Positions 33,064 to 43,382 of a DNA stretch of 64,000 nucleotides are shown here, in pieces. The notes under the pieces were generated by a model. The model was not told where the DNA came from. It made no database searches and saw nothing but the letters and a program-made list of their open reading frames with translations. The position numbers were made by a program, and so were the translations under genes. Within the stretch, counting starts at the first letter, position 1. Each line of letters begins with the position of its first letter. The stretch comes from Verrucomicrobiia bacterium (GTDB lineage: Bacteria; Verrucomicrobiota; Verrucomicrobiia; Limisphaerales; UBA1319): positions 5,134,744 to 5,198,743 of the forward strand of contig OY760937.1 in the NCBI GenBank assembly GCA_963664225.1, in the 5' to 3' direction.

Positions 33064-35268
33064 ATGATGATAGCCAGAATGACTCCCGAGGCCACCAGTG
33101 AGGATGCGGAATTGGTCAACGCCAGCCTCGCGGGCAATCGCGAGGCGTTCGGACAGATTGTTTCGCGCTATCAGTCGCTCGTCTGTTCGCTGGCTTACAG
33201 CGCCACTGGCAGTCTAAGCCACAGTGAAGATCTGGCGCAGGAAACCTTTCTCACCGCGTGGAAACACCTGGCCGAATTGCGCGAACCGGCGAAGCTGCGC
33301 GCGTGGCTTTGCGGGATCGCGCGCAATCTCATCAATAGTTCGCTGCGAACACAAGTACGCGAGCCAAGCCATCGCGCCGAATCGCTGGATGTAATCACCG
33401 AATCGCATTCGCCTGAACCATCGCCCGTCGAACGCGCCATCAGCCAGGAGGAGGCGGATATTCTGTGGCGCTCGCTGGAGCGGATTCCGGAAAACTATCG
33501 TGTGCCGCTCGTCCTGTTTTATCGGGAACACCAATCCGTCGAAGCCGTTGCTCAAAATCTGGAATTGGAGGAGGACGCGGTGAGACAGCGCCTGTCGCGC
33601 GGGCGAAAACTGCTGCAGGAGGAAATACTGGCATTTGTGGAAGGCGCGCTGGAAAAGACTTCGCCGGGCAGGACGTTCACCCTGGCGGTAGTCGCCGCGC
33701 TGCCGATCGGTGTCACTTCGGCCACAGCGGCAACGGCCAGTGTCGCCGTGGCCAAAGGCGTGACGGGTGCAAAAAGCACCTTTGCGCTGGGCGCGTTGGT
33801 CGGATTGATGGCGATGCTGGGGGGTATTGCGTTCTCATGGAAGACAGCCGTGGAGGACTCAAAATCTCTGCGCGAAAGACGCTTCATGGTCCGAATGGGC
33901 TGCTTTCAGCTCGCTTTTTTCGTGGTTTCGATGGGAGCGGCCATGTATTTGCTTCCGAAACTTTCCGAGCGGCCTTGGACTTTCGGCCTCTTTCTGGCTT
34001 TGCTGATTGCAGCCAACGTCGTCAACGGGGTTGTTGTGCTTACCTATATGGTCCGCAGGCGGCTGGAAATCGGCATGGAAGAGGGCACATGGACCGAGTC
34101 GCTTGCGGGTGGACCGGATAATGTGAACAGGCCCAAAGCGGTTCGCAGGGCATTCAAATTGACGATTCCATTTCTGATCATGCTGGCGGGCATGGTTGTC
34201 GCGCTGCCGTGGAAACAGCATTGGATCAGAAGCGCCATCGTGACGGGGGCGGACGTTCTGATCATCCTTTGGTTTTTTCGCCGGACTCTGCGGCAACTGT
34301 GTTTCCAGAATCAGCCGCGCCTGAAATCCAAGCTTCCGGAGTTTATGCAAAACCCTTTCATCAAGCTTTCCTTCATGCTCTTTATCACCATGCTCGTCGC
34401 GGGTGTTGGTGGAATTCTGCTGCCGTTTTTTCTGAATCCCGAGGCGATGAAATCGGGTATCCCTGTTGCGACATGGCTGCGTCCGTTTGGCCTCTATTTT
34501 TTGGTCGCCGTCCTCGTCTATGTCATCGTGGCCCTGATCTTCTTTCGACGGCGCCAAATCCTCCCGAACTGGAAATGGCTCGCCGGCAAGTTGGACATGC
34601 CGTTTTTGAATCAACTTCAGGCAATGACCCAGGGACCGGACGCCGTCTTCAAGAAGACTTATGCGCCGCTCTTCCAGCAACTCAATCTTGGGCAGGACCA
34701 ACGCGTTCAATTGAAGGATTTGGTCCTTAAGCGGACCATGGTCGGCGTTCGCGTGGGCATGACCCTGATGAATTCGAAGCTCGACGCGGCAAAGCGCACC
34801 GAACTCGCACAGGAAACCAAACGCGAAACCGATGGTTGGAATACGAAGATCAAGGAATACTTGGGCGCGGAGAATTATGCGCAGTTTCAGCAATTCGAAA
34901 AGACAGTTCCCGACCGGACGATGCTCAATATGTTCGCCAAACGGTGTGACAAAACCGCTACAGCATTAAGTCCGGAGCAACAGGCGCAACTGCTGCAGGC
35001 GCTGACGCAGGCTCGCGAGGAATACCCATGGACCACGGAGTTAAGCCGTCGGAACCAGAACGCCGGCGATTACGAAGGGTTGTTCACGGAAGCCAATATG
35101 AGCACCTTCGCATTGGAGGAGGAGCAGTTCGACCGCCAATTTCTCGCACAGGCACAACTGATTCTGAACCCGGAACAACTCGCGGCGTTTGAAAAACACC
35201 AGCAACGTCAGCGCCAATCCCAGGTTGCCCAATTCAAAATGGCCGCAAAACTGTTCGTGCCAAAATGA
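33064..35268 (+). CDS. ECF sigma factor fused to a polytopic membrane domain and a periplasmic LTXXQ (CpxP/Spy-like) domain
   Basis: The N-terminal 190 aa carry sigma-70 regions 2 and 4 (DLAQETFLTAWKHL; [19 protein letters not shown]). About 7 TM helices follow. The C-terminal roughly 200 aa contain LSPEQQAQL and LNPEQLAAF LTXXQ-like repeats. Confidence 0.75.
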   Translation: MMIARMTPEATSEDAELVNASLAGNREAFGQIVSRYQSLVCSLAYSATGSLSHSEDLAQETFLTAWKHLAELREPAKLRAWLCGIARNLINSSLRTQVREPSHRAESLDVITESHSPEPSPVERAISQEEADILWRSLERIPENYRVPLVLFYREHQSVEAVAQNLELEEDAVRQRLSRGRKLLQEEILAFVEGALEKTSPGRTFTLAVVAALPIGVTSATAATASVAVAKGVTGAKSTFALGALVGLMAMLGGIAFSWKTAVEDSKSLRERRFMVRMGCFQLAFFVVSMGAAMYLLPKLSERPWTFGLFLALLIAANVVNGVVVLTYMVRRRLEIGMEEGTWTESLAGGPDNVNRPKAVRRAFKLTIPFLIMLAGMVVALPWKQHWIRSAIVTGADVLIILWFFRRTLRQLCFQNQPRLKSKLPEFMQNPFIKLSFMLFITMLVAGVGGILLPFFLNPEAMKSGIPVATWLRPFGLYFLVAVLVYVIVALIFFRRRQILPNWKWLAGKLDMPFLNQLQAMTQGPDAVFKKTYAPLFQQLNLGQDQRVQLKDLVLKRTMVGVRVGMTLMNSKLDAAKRTELAQETKRETDGWNTKIKEYLGAENYAQFQQFEKTVPDRTMLNMFAKRCDKTATALSPEQQAQLLQALTQAREEYPWTTELSRRNQNAGDYEGLFTEANMSTFALEEEQFDRQFLAQAQLILNPEQLAAFEKHQQRQRQSQVAQFKMAAKLFVPK

Positions 35269-35308
35269 CGGGGAACGGTTTGCCATCACGCGGCAAAACT
35301 GGAATGCG

Positions 35309-38173
35309 TTATTTCGCCACTTTGCCTGGGTCATCCCATCGCACGGTGCGCAGCTCATACGGATGCAGTGAGAGTTCCAGTTTATCACCTTGCAAGGGCA
35401 GGGGACTGCCGGTCACGGCATTATAAGGCGTGCCGGAATTCAACAGACGGATTTTGATGCCGTTCTTTTGTTTGCTGCTCGTGTTCACCACCGCCATCCA
35501 TGCGCCTTGCTGCTCCGTGCGGATGACGCGCACAGCGATGTCGTTGTCGTCGCAGGCGTCCGTGATTCTCTTGCTGGGCAATGCGGGCAATGCGAGATAA
35601 TTGGCGTTGAACTCCCGCACGTAGATGGGAAAGCCGCGTCCGAGATTGTTGCCGAGCAGGTAGCCCAGCATGCTTGGATCGCCATTGGCCATGGCCAGCG
35701 CCTCGGCCATCATGCAGGCGGGGCCGGCCCGTTCGAAATCGGCCACGAAATAGCCAAGCTTTTCCCCGTCCCTGGTATCGAACATCATGTTTTCGTTCAG
35801 TGAATAATGCCGCACAAGTGCCAAACCCGCAGGACCGCGAAAGGCATCGAATGTCGCAGACGATTTCACCGTGTAGCTTCGATTAAAGCAATGGGTCATG
35901 AGCACTCCGGGCGTCTCACGGTAGCGTGCGGGATCGGCGGGTGGATTGCCGTGATTGATCTCCCATGCGCCCCAATTGAGCGGCGCTGCCTGCAGGGCCT
36001 CCAGATACAGATTCCCATCCAGGACACTTTGCACACTGATCGGCCGGATGGCTTTGCCGTCCACGATTTGACCCGGTGCATTGAGTATGCCGCGCCAGCC
36101 TTCCACATCGTCGGTCACCAGTTTCTTTTCCCAGGTTGGAAAGGCCGGACCCGGCTCGCCCGCTTCAGCGGTAAACAGCACCGCAGCCTCCGGGAGACCA
36201 TTGGCGCGCAGATAATCGCGAATGGCGGCGAGAAATTCGCGGCGTTTTCCAAACCACCACGCCTCGTATCGCTCCAGCAACTTTTTGTCGGCGATGAGTT
36301 CGGCGCGCGTCACTGCATGGCCGTCGTTTCCTTCCCGGGCAAACCGTCCGCGCGTTGACTCGCCAAAGCCCATCGGCAATTGCCAGCGCGGCCGCAGCCA
36401 GATGCCGTCGAAGCGGCACTTGTCTTTGAGCCGGACCACGGTGACATCGAGCATCTTCTGGAAATCCGCCAGTGTATCCGGATCGGTGATGTCCGCGTTC
36501 GCACTTTCGACCCACGAAATGGCTGTAAACGCATCGTCGCGTGTGAGCGGCTGGCAGCGGCGCTCGTAACCCAGACCCCGGCCTCCCTTGCTTCCCGCGT
36601 ATTCGTAATACGGCATCAACTCAAGACCGCAGTCGCCCATCAGCGAAACTATCTGCTCCCACAAATCCTTCGTGCCCGAGGCGAAATGGATCCAGTCGTT
36701 TCCGCCGTGGGGCGTCGGATCCCAGTGCTGGCACGCGCCAAATTCCAAGAGGTCCTTGCTGAAGGTGTTCATGCCCAGAAACCGCATCTGGTTTGCCTTG
36801 TAGCGATACCAGTCGAGGCGTTCTTTAACACCGCGCTCCGTGAGTTTGTCGCTCTCAATGACTCCATCAGCCATTTCTTCGCGCCAGGTAATATGACGTC
36901 GCGGGAGTGGCTCTGGCGGCAATCGAAGCGGTTGGGTGAGCGCCGTTTTATTGGGAACTTCCAGCAGTCGGATGCGCGACACCGCCGCTCCATGTGACGT
37001 GGGATCGTTCGGCGCGGAGAATTGCGCGATCACCACATCAAAGCCGTCCTCGATGCCCAACTTGCGTTCCCCGGGTCCTCGAATGAAGGCGAGATCAGGG
37101 AAGCGATCATGAAGGTTAAAATAAAGCGACCAGGTTTCATGGCCCCCGGAAAGCGGAATTTGCAACGACTCGGGATTGCCGTTCACATACTTGGCGTTAA
37201 GGGCGTCGCCGATGGTGTTACCGGTATGAAACCCACGCGATGTCTCGTTTCCGCCGTTCATCACCACATAACTGCGCGGTTGATCCTCTGGATATTCGAC
37301 CGCCAGCACATACGCCGCGCCCGGTTTGAGAAGTTTCCACTGGCCGATGCGAAACGCCATGTAGCTGCTCTGGTTGGTGGCCGGTTGCAGCACCCGGTAG
37401 GGGCGACCCAGAATTGTTTCGACACGGCTTGCGCCAGCCGGGTTCTCGCGAAACAAATGCCCCGGCGCCGCACTCCCACAATCCACCTCATCCACCACCT
37501 GAACACGACCGAACGGGGGCATTTCCACCCACGGCCGTCGCGCGACTTCCTCCCTTGCTTTCGCCAGTGCCGCTTCACGTTCCGCGCGCGCGGCAGCCTC
37601 AGCGGCCAATTGCGCCTGACGTTTTTGGAAACCCTCAGGGGTGAATTCGTACACGGCCAACCCGGTGAAATTTGCCCCGGCCGATTCCAGTTCAATCCTC
37701 AAATAACGTGATGTAACTTCAAGGGGGCAATGCACCCATTGCTGATAAAGACCACAATCGTTTGTGAGAACCTTTTTCCAATTCCCCGGTTCGCCGGTCG
37801 CCACAGTCCAAACGCCTGTGCCGTGCGTGTCATAAAACCACAGGGAGGACAGGTGCCGCGTCTGCCCCAGGTCGAGCGTGGCACTAAAGGGAAATTGGTT
37901 CCAATACTGTGCCGAAATGTTCCATCCTCGCCCTCCATGCTTTGGCGCGGCATTGGTGGTGCCGGGAGTGAAATCCTGTTCCTCGCAAAAACCCGAGAAA
38001 TCCGCCTGCTCCGAACTGCTGCGGATCATTTGTGGCATCAGCGGAATCCTCGCCTCCTGGGCATAAAGACTGCTCGTGGCCAGCACGTTGACCACAATGG
38101 CCAGACTGGCCAGCATGGGCCAACTGCAATTTTGCCAATTTGACATGGGCGGAATGTATGGCAGGCGCGGCAT
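35309..38173 (-). CDS. Large secreted protein with an N-terminal discoidin (F5/8 type C)-like domain; possible glycoside hydrolase
   Basis: 954 aa; signal peptide; an N-terminal galactose-binding-like domain of about 150 aa; a long uncharacterized catalytic-looking body. The true start is probably one of the internal Met residues before the signal peptide. Confidence 0.5.
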   Translation of the reverse strand: MPRLPYIPPMSNWQNCSWPMLASLAIVVNVLATSSLYAQEARIPLMPQMIRSSSEQADFSGFCEEQDFTPGTTNAAPKHGGRGWNISAQYWNQFPFSATLDLGQTRHLSSLWFYDTHGTGVWTVATGEPGNWKKVLTNDCGLYQQWVHCPLEVTSRYLRIELESAGANFTGLAVYEFTPEGFQKRQAQLAAEAAARAEREAALAKAREEVARRPWVEMPPFGRVQVVDEVDCGSAAPGHLFRENPAGASRVETILGRPYRVLQPATNQSSYMAFRIGQWKLLKPGAAYVLAVEYPEDQPRSYVVMNGGNETSRGFHTGNTIGDALNAKYVNGNPESLQIPLSGGHETWSLYFNLHDRFPDLAFIRGPGERKLGIEDGFDVVIAQFSAPNDPTSHGAAVSRIRLLEVPNKTALTQPLRLPPEPLPRRHITWREEMADGVIESDKLTERGVKERLDWYRYKANQMRFLGMNTFSKDLLEFGACQHWDPTPHGGNDWIHFASGTKDLWEQIVSLMGDCGLELMPYYEYAGSKGGRGLGYERRCQPLTRDDAFTAISWVESANADITDPDTLADFQKMLDVTVVRLKDKCRFDGIWLRPRWQLPMGFGESTRGRFAREGNDGHAVTRAELIADKKLLERYEAWWFGKRREFLAAIRDYLRANGLPEAAVLFTAEAGEPGPAFPTWEKKLVTDDVEGWRGILNAPGQIVDGKAIRPISVQSVLDGNLYLEALQAAPLNWGAWEINHGNPPADPARYRETPGVLMTHCFNRSYTVKSSATFDAFRGPAGLALVRHYSLNENMMFDTRDGEKLGYFVADFERAGPACMMAEALAMANGDPSMLGYLLGNNLGRGFPIYVREFNANYLALPALPSKRITDACDDNDIAVRVIRTEQQGAWMAVVNTSSKQKNGIKIRLLNSGTPYNAVTGSPLPLQGDKLELSLHPYELRTVRWDDPGKVAK

Positions 38174-38272
38174 GGGTGAGAATCTCTTTTTGCACCTTTT
38201 CCATTCATGGCCATTTTGTTACGCATATTTCTTTAAGGTGGAAAGCGAAGGATTTTGAGCTTAGTATGAAGC

Positions 38273-39709
38273 TTGAAATTGAACAGGATGGGCATGATTA
38301 ATAAAAGACGTTTCATGTTGCTGCAGCGCAATTGTCTGCTTCAGGCAGGAGCATTCTTTTTGTGGCTCACGATTTCCGCCGCCACGGCTGCAAGTTCATT
38401 GGTATGGAGCAACACCCAAAAACGTGTCGATGCCGATATCAACGGCTGGAGCCTTGAGCACGTATTGGAGCAGATCGCGGGAGCGACCGGCTGGCAGGTT
38501 TTTGTGGAACCGGACTCAGGCAAAACCGTTTCGCTCAAGTTTCGCAATTTGCCTGTGGATGAAGCGATGAGCAGGCTTTTGGAGGGCATGAATTTCGCGC
38601 TGCTGCCTCAAACCAATGCCAGTTCCAAGCTGTTCGTTTTTAGCAAATCCATTAACGAAGCCACGCTCAGGGTGAAGCCCGCGGAAAATGCCAGCTTCAA
38701 ACCATCTGGCACCAACGCCATTCCCAACGAATTGATCGTCACGCTCAAGCCGGGATCCAAGCAGTCGATTGACGAATTGGCCCGTTTGTTGGGCGCAAAG
38801 GTCACGGGTCGGATCGACGAACTGGGCGCCTATAAGCTGCAGTTCAACAGCGAAGCCGATGCCACGGCCGCGCGCAGATTGCTCGCAGGCAATCCCGATG
38901 TTTCTGGCGTGGAATCCAATTACTCCATTGCACGGCCCACTCGCGCCGATGCCCTTTCGATGAGCGGATCGCTTGCCGGGAATTTGCAGCCAGCCAAGTC
39001 TGGGAACCAGTTTATCATTGGAATCGTGGATACCGGGATTCAAGCCCAGGAACCGAGCATCAGCAAGTTTCTGCTGCCCGGAGTCTCTTTGGCGGGGGAT
39101 ACGACGCTGCCCACGGATACCCCTACGCACGCGACCATGATGGCTGAGACGATCTTGAACGGAATATCGCAAATCATGGGCGGTTCCGGTGGCGAGGTGC
39201 CGGTGAAAATTTACAGCGTGAATGTTTTCGGCAACAACGAATCGACCACGACTTTCGATGTTGCCAATGGGATTCTTGCTGCGTTGAGGGCGGGTGCCAG
39301 TGTCATTAATGTCAGTCTGGCGGGTCCTGGAGACAGCCCGGTGCTGCAAAGGGTGACGGATATGGTTCATCAGCAGGGCGGATTGGTGGTTGCCGCCGCT
39401 GGAAATGACCCGACCGGCCAACCGGTGTATCCCGGGGCGGATCCGAACGTACTGGCGGTTACCGCTGGCGATCGGAATGGAAATCTGGCGTCTTACGCGA
39501 ATTGGGCCCCTTTTGTGGATATCATTGCCCCCGGCAACAACATTGTGAGCTTCGACAACAAACATTATCTGGTGTCCGGCACCTCGGTTTCCACAGCCTA
39601 TGTGAGCGGTTATGCCGCGGGATTGACTTTTAAGAACGGATCTTCGCTTGCTTCCGCCGTGACTGAAATCAAGAGTCGCTTGTCAACGGCTGCGAAAAGC
39701 TCATTTTAA
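38273..39709 (+). CDS. Subtilisin-like serine protease (peptidase S8) with an N-terminal propeptide-like domain
   Basis: Catalytic triad contexts IGIVDTGI (Asp), THATMMAE (His) and GTSVSTAYVSG (Ser); signal/TM segment at the N-terminus. Confidence 0.75.
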   Translation: MKLNRMGMINKRRFMLLQRNCLLQAGAFFLWLTISAATAASSLVWSNTQKRVDADINGWSLEHVLEQIAGATGWQVFVEPDSGKTVSLKFRNLPVDEAMSRLLEGMNFALLPQTNASSKLFVFSKSINEATLRVKPAENASFKPSGTNAIPNELIVTLKPGSKQSIDELARLLGAKVTGRIDELGAYKLQFNSEADATAARRLLAGNPDVSGVESNYSIARPTRADALSMSGSLAGNLQPAKSGNQFIIGIVDTGIQAQEPSISKFLLPGVSLAGDTTLPTDTPTHATMMAETILNGISQIMGGSGGEVPVKIYSVNVFGNNESTTTFDVANGILAALRAGASVINVSLAGPGDSPVLQRVTDMVHQQGGLVVAAAGNDPTGQPVYPGADPNVLAVTAGDRNGNLASYANWAPFVDIIAPGNNIVSFDNKHYLVSGTSVSTAYVSGYAAGLTFKNGSSLASAVTEIKSRLSTAAKSSF

Positions 39710-41722
39710 TCAAATCTTGGGCGTGGGTTGGCCGACTGTAGGTTGATGCAGCACCCGATGAAGCGCTTCCAGCAGGGGGGCGGTGGAGAATGGCTTTGCC
39801 AGGGAAATCCCAACGCCAAGATCCTTGGCTTCAATGGCTTTAGTTTTTGAGACGGCACCGCTTATGGTGATAACCTTGATTTCCGGGCGAATCTGTCGCA
39901 AAGCACGGATGGTTGCGATGCCGTCCATCATTGGCATGGCCAAATCAGTTAATACCACTTGAATTTCCGCCTGGTGTTGTGAAAATATTTTGAGGGCCTC
40001 AATTCCATCATTGGCAGTGACAACTCGATAATTAAATTGCTGGAGTGTTTCCCGCGTGATGTCACGGACCAGAGGTTCGTCTTCGACCAGCAGGATCAAT
40101 TCATTGGAACCATGCGGTAATAGATCCCCAACCGTGTGTTTATCGATGGGGGTTTGACTGGGAATAGAGTCGGGCATGGCGGGCAAATACACACGCATGC
40201 TGGATCCCTGGCCGGGCTTGCTGTCCACCTGGATAAAACCCGCGTGATTTTTAATCAGACCAAGAGAACTGCTTAAACCCAGGCCGCTGCCCTGGCCGAT
40301 GCTTTTGGTGGTAAAGAACGGGTCGAATATTTTGTCCTGGATTTCCGGCGCCATCCCGATGCCGGTATCGGCTACCTCGATCATCACATACGATCCGACA
40401 CGGGCTTCGGGATTTACCTGGACGAATTTCTCGTCCAATTCAACATTCGCGGTTTTGATGGAGAGTACTCCGCCTTGAAGCATGGCATCGCGGGCATTGT
40501 CGCATATGCTGGTAAGAATCTGTTGAAGATGGCTGGCATTTCCATAGAAAGGCCAAAGATCTTCGTTGATGGCGGTTTGTATCTTTATGTTTTCGGGGAA
40601 AGTTTCCCGGATCAGGATGATGACGTTCTCCACCACATGACGTGTTTGAATAAGGGCGTAATCCATTTCCGCCCCTTTGCTGAATGTGAGCATCTGGCGA
40701 ATCACATCTGCGCTGCGCCGCACACTGGTTTCGATTTGATTCAAAAGATGTTCCCTGGCTGCGTCATTGGTGGACTCGTGTCGGAGGAGGTCCACACCTA
40801 TGGCGATGGGCGCCAGGGCGTTGTTGAGGTCATGAGCGATACCGCCAGTCAGGGTGCTGATGCTCTCCAGCCGTCGGGCGCGTTGATACCGGGCCTGAGC
40901 CATTTTATGCTCGGTCAAATCTGTGTTAATAACGAGAATGGATTTTGCGGTGCCACTGCTGTCACGAATCAATGTCCAGCGGCTGTAAACATATAGGTCG
41001 CGCCCGTTTCTGCTGTTCAGGCGCAATTCGCCGGCCCATTGACTGGTTTGCAAAACCTGGCCATGAAGACTGGCCAGATGCGGAATTTCGTCCGGGTGAT
41101 ACATTTGTTCCACGCCAGCGCTGGACGCTTCGCCGACAGTCCATCCAAACATGCGCTGCGCGCCAATGTTCCAATAGCTGAGCCGCGAATCCAATTCGCG
41201 CACATAAATCGCATCGGGCACCAGGTCGAGCAGGGCGGCCTGCTCGCGGATGCGGTCTTCGGCTTGAATACGCTCGACCATTTGGTTGCGGAGTTTCAGA
41301 TTCGCGTTTGCCAGGTCGGCGGTGCGCTCGTTGACGCGGGTTTCGAGAGCATCACGACCCTGCTGTAAATCGGCTTCCACCTGATGCCGCACTTTGATTT
41401 CATCCCGGAGACGATTGTTTGCGGACTCCAGTTCGCTGGTTCGGGTGTCTATTTCATTTTGGATTTCTCTGCGCTGATGGCGCAATTGGATGGCGTAAAG
41501 GGTCAGGATGAGGGTCCATATGAGGCCCACGACAAACAGGAGCCAGACCGGAAGTTCGGAAGCGGTGGCGCTGAAAAACGCCGCTAAAAAACTGGAGGCA
41601 GCGAAATACGGTTCCGCCCAAGTGTTGTAGGAAATCCCGAAAACACTGGCGGCGATCAGAATAAACCCGGCTATTCGGCTCCCGGGTCCGAAGTCTCCGG
41701 CGTGATTCTTCGAATTCTTCAT
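39710..41722 (-). CDS. Hybrid sensor histidine kinase/response regulator (TM-PAS-HisKA-HATPase-REC)
   Basis: 670 aa; H-box GIAHDLNNAL; G-boxes; C-terminal receiver domain (LLVEDEP...DLAMP). Confidence 0.88.
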   Translation of the reverse strand: MKNSKNHAGDFGPGSRIAGFILIAASVFGISYNTWAEPYFAASSFLAAFFSATASELPVWLLFVVGLIWTLILTLYAIQLRHQRREIQNEIDTRTSELESANNRLRDEIKVRHQVEADLQQGRDALETRVNERTADLANANLKLRNQMVERIQAEDRIREQAALLDLVPDAIYVRELDSRLSYWNIGAQRMFGWTVGEASSAGVEQMYHPDEIPHLASLHGQVLQTSQWAGELRLNSRNGRDLYVYSRWTLIRDSSGTAKSILVINTDLTEHKMAQARYQRARRLESISTLTGGIAHDLNNALAPIAIGVDLLRHESTNDAAREHLLNQIETSVRRSADVIRQMLTFSKGAEMDYALIQTRHVVENVIILIRETFPENIKIQTAINEDLWPFYGNASHLQQILTSICDNARDAMLQGGVLSIKTANVELDEKFVQVNPEARVGSYVMIEVADTGIGMAPEIQDKIFDPFFTTKSIGQGSGLGLSSSLGLIKNHAGFIQVDSKPGQGSSMRVYLPAMPDSIPSQTPIDKHTVGDLLPHGSNELILLVEDEPLVRDITRETLQQFNYRVVTANDGIEALKIFSQHQAEIQVVLTDLAMPMMDGIATIRALRQIRPEIKVITISGAVSKTKAIEAKDLGVGISLAKPFSTAPLLEALHRVLHQPTVGQPTPKI

Positions 41723-41904
41723 GAATAATGAGCGTGCCGAACCGAAGCCGTAATGCCTGTTGATTCAAAATTCAGAATGCTGGCACCGGGCGGGCAAGGC
41801 CGCTCCCTGTAAGCTCATCCAAAACGAGCCTTGTCATTTTTATATATCAATGGATGTCAACTCCGCAAGATAAACTGTAGAACTTATGCGTGGCGTGTCA
41901 GGCA

Positions 41905-42603
41905 TTAACGCAGAGATCGGCCATAGTGTCGCAACCAATTTTCGGCCTCCAGATAATGGGGATCCATGGTTTCGACAAGCCGCCAGTAGGCGGCGGAGTG
42001 GTTCATTTGACTGAAATGAGCCAGTTCGTGAACGATGAGGTAATCCCGCACGGATGGCGGCATCTGAATCAGACGCCAATTGAGGCTGACTGTGCCGCGT
42101 GACGAGCAGGAACCCCAGCGCGAACGTTGGTTGCGCACGCAGATCCGGCGCAGGGGGGCTTGGTGCAGCCTGGCCAGCTCGAAAGCGCGGACCGCGATCT
42201 CCCTTTTTGCAAGACGCCAGAGATGGGTTTCAATGATTGTCCGAAAATCCTGCAGGTCCACTGGGGCGCTCAAATGTTGATCGGCAAACTTTATAATCTG
42301 ACCCTCGAGGGTTGCCTCACAACAAACATGCTCTGGCAAACCCCGAAAAAGAATCTCAGTTCCCTGCCGCCAGCCGGTGAATGCGGCCATCTGTGTGAGA
42401 CGCTGCTCGCGTTGGCGCAGGATCCAATCCTTCTTGCGTTGCGCAAAGGCCATGGCCTCGGAGCGATTGCCTCCGCGCGGAATGGTCACATGCAGCGTCC
42501 CGTCCGCTTTTACCCTGAGTATGTAACGCCTGGCCCGCGCGTTGTGGCGCAGTATTGTGGGCACATTCTCAAGAGCGAATGGTTGCAGCAGAGCTTCAAC
42601 CAT
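41905..42603 (-). CDS. YgjP/DUF45-family metal-dependent hydrolase (HExxH)
   Basis: 232 aa; HELAHF zinc-binding motif characteristic of COG1451/WLM-like hydrolases. Confidence 0.7.
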   Translation of the reverse strand: MVEALLQPFALENVPTILRHNARARRYILRVKADGTLHVTIPRGGNRSEAMAFAQRKKDWILRQREQRLTQMAAFTGWRQGTEILFRGLPEHVCCEATLEGQIIKFADQHLSAPVDLQDFRTIIETHLWRLAKREIAVRAFELARLHQAPLRRICVRNQRSRWGSCSSRGTVSLNWRLIQMPPSVRDYLIVHELAHFSQMNHSAAYWRLVETMDPHYLEAENWLRHYGRSLR

Positions 42604-42605
42604 GA

Positions 42606-43109
42606 CTAAGGGGTCTGGATCATCACCCCCGCTTCGCCTTTCGCTGTCTGCGCCTTGCGAAAATTTTCCCAGGCTGTGCGAAATTCCGGGTATTTATTTC
42701 CAAGAATGGCGGTGGCCAGAAGGGCGGCGTTTATGGCACCTGGTTTGCCTATGGCCAGCGTGCCCACCGGAACCCCGCCAGGCATCTGTACCATCGACAA
42801 TAAACTATCCATTCCATGCAGGGATTTCGTTTCCATCGGCACGCCAAGAACGGGAAGCAGGGTCTTTGCCGCAGTCACCCCGGCCAGATGCGCGGCACCT
42901 CCTGCTGCGGCGATGATTACCTCCAAACCGCGTTCTGCTGCGCCGGAAGCATAACTGAACAGCAGGTCGGGCGTTCGGTGTGCGGAGATGATGCGCACCT
43001 CATGGGGGACACCCAGTTGCTCGAGTTGCCGGGCTGTGAATTGCATGATTTCCCAGTCCGATTGACTGCCCATGATGACGCCAACCAGGGGTTTCTTGAT
43101 ATCTGCCAT
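42606..43109 (-). CDS. purE: N5-carboxyaminoimidazole ribonucleotide mutase PurE
   Basis: Start at MADIKKPLVGVIMGSQSD; classic PurE sequence. Confidence 0.9.
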   Translation of the reverse strand: MADIKKPLVGVIMGSQSDWEIMQFTARQLEQLGVPHEVRIISAHRTPDLLFSYASGAAERGLEVIIAAAGGAAHLAGVTAAKTLLPVLGVPMETKSLHGMDSLLSMVQMPGGVPVGTLAIGKPGAINAALLATAILGNKYPEFRTAWENFRKAQTAKGEAGVMIQTP

Positions 43110-43382
43110 AGTTTTGCAGTGTGATATACATTTCAAACCGGCTTCTGGCAACCGTGGAACTTTTTTTGCGACCGATATTTTTGGGTCATCGCGGGTCGTT
43201 CGTGGCGAAGTGCAGCGAGGCAATGAGTCGCAATGGATTGACGGCGGAATATTATTAATTGTGGAAGAAATGGGGGCTGTGAGGATAGACTGTATTCACC
43301 TGCGTCAAAGCTTACCATTGACAATGAATTGCCTGCTTATTTACTTGCGTGCTGTCTCCAATATCATAGCCTTTTATCAATT

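Noticed and set aside
38516-39565. 349-aa minus-strand ORF opposite the S8 protease gene
   Set aside because: It is an antisense shadow of a CDS with a clear catalytic triad, and it has no domain features.
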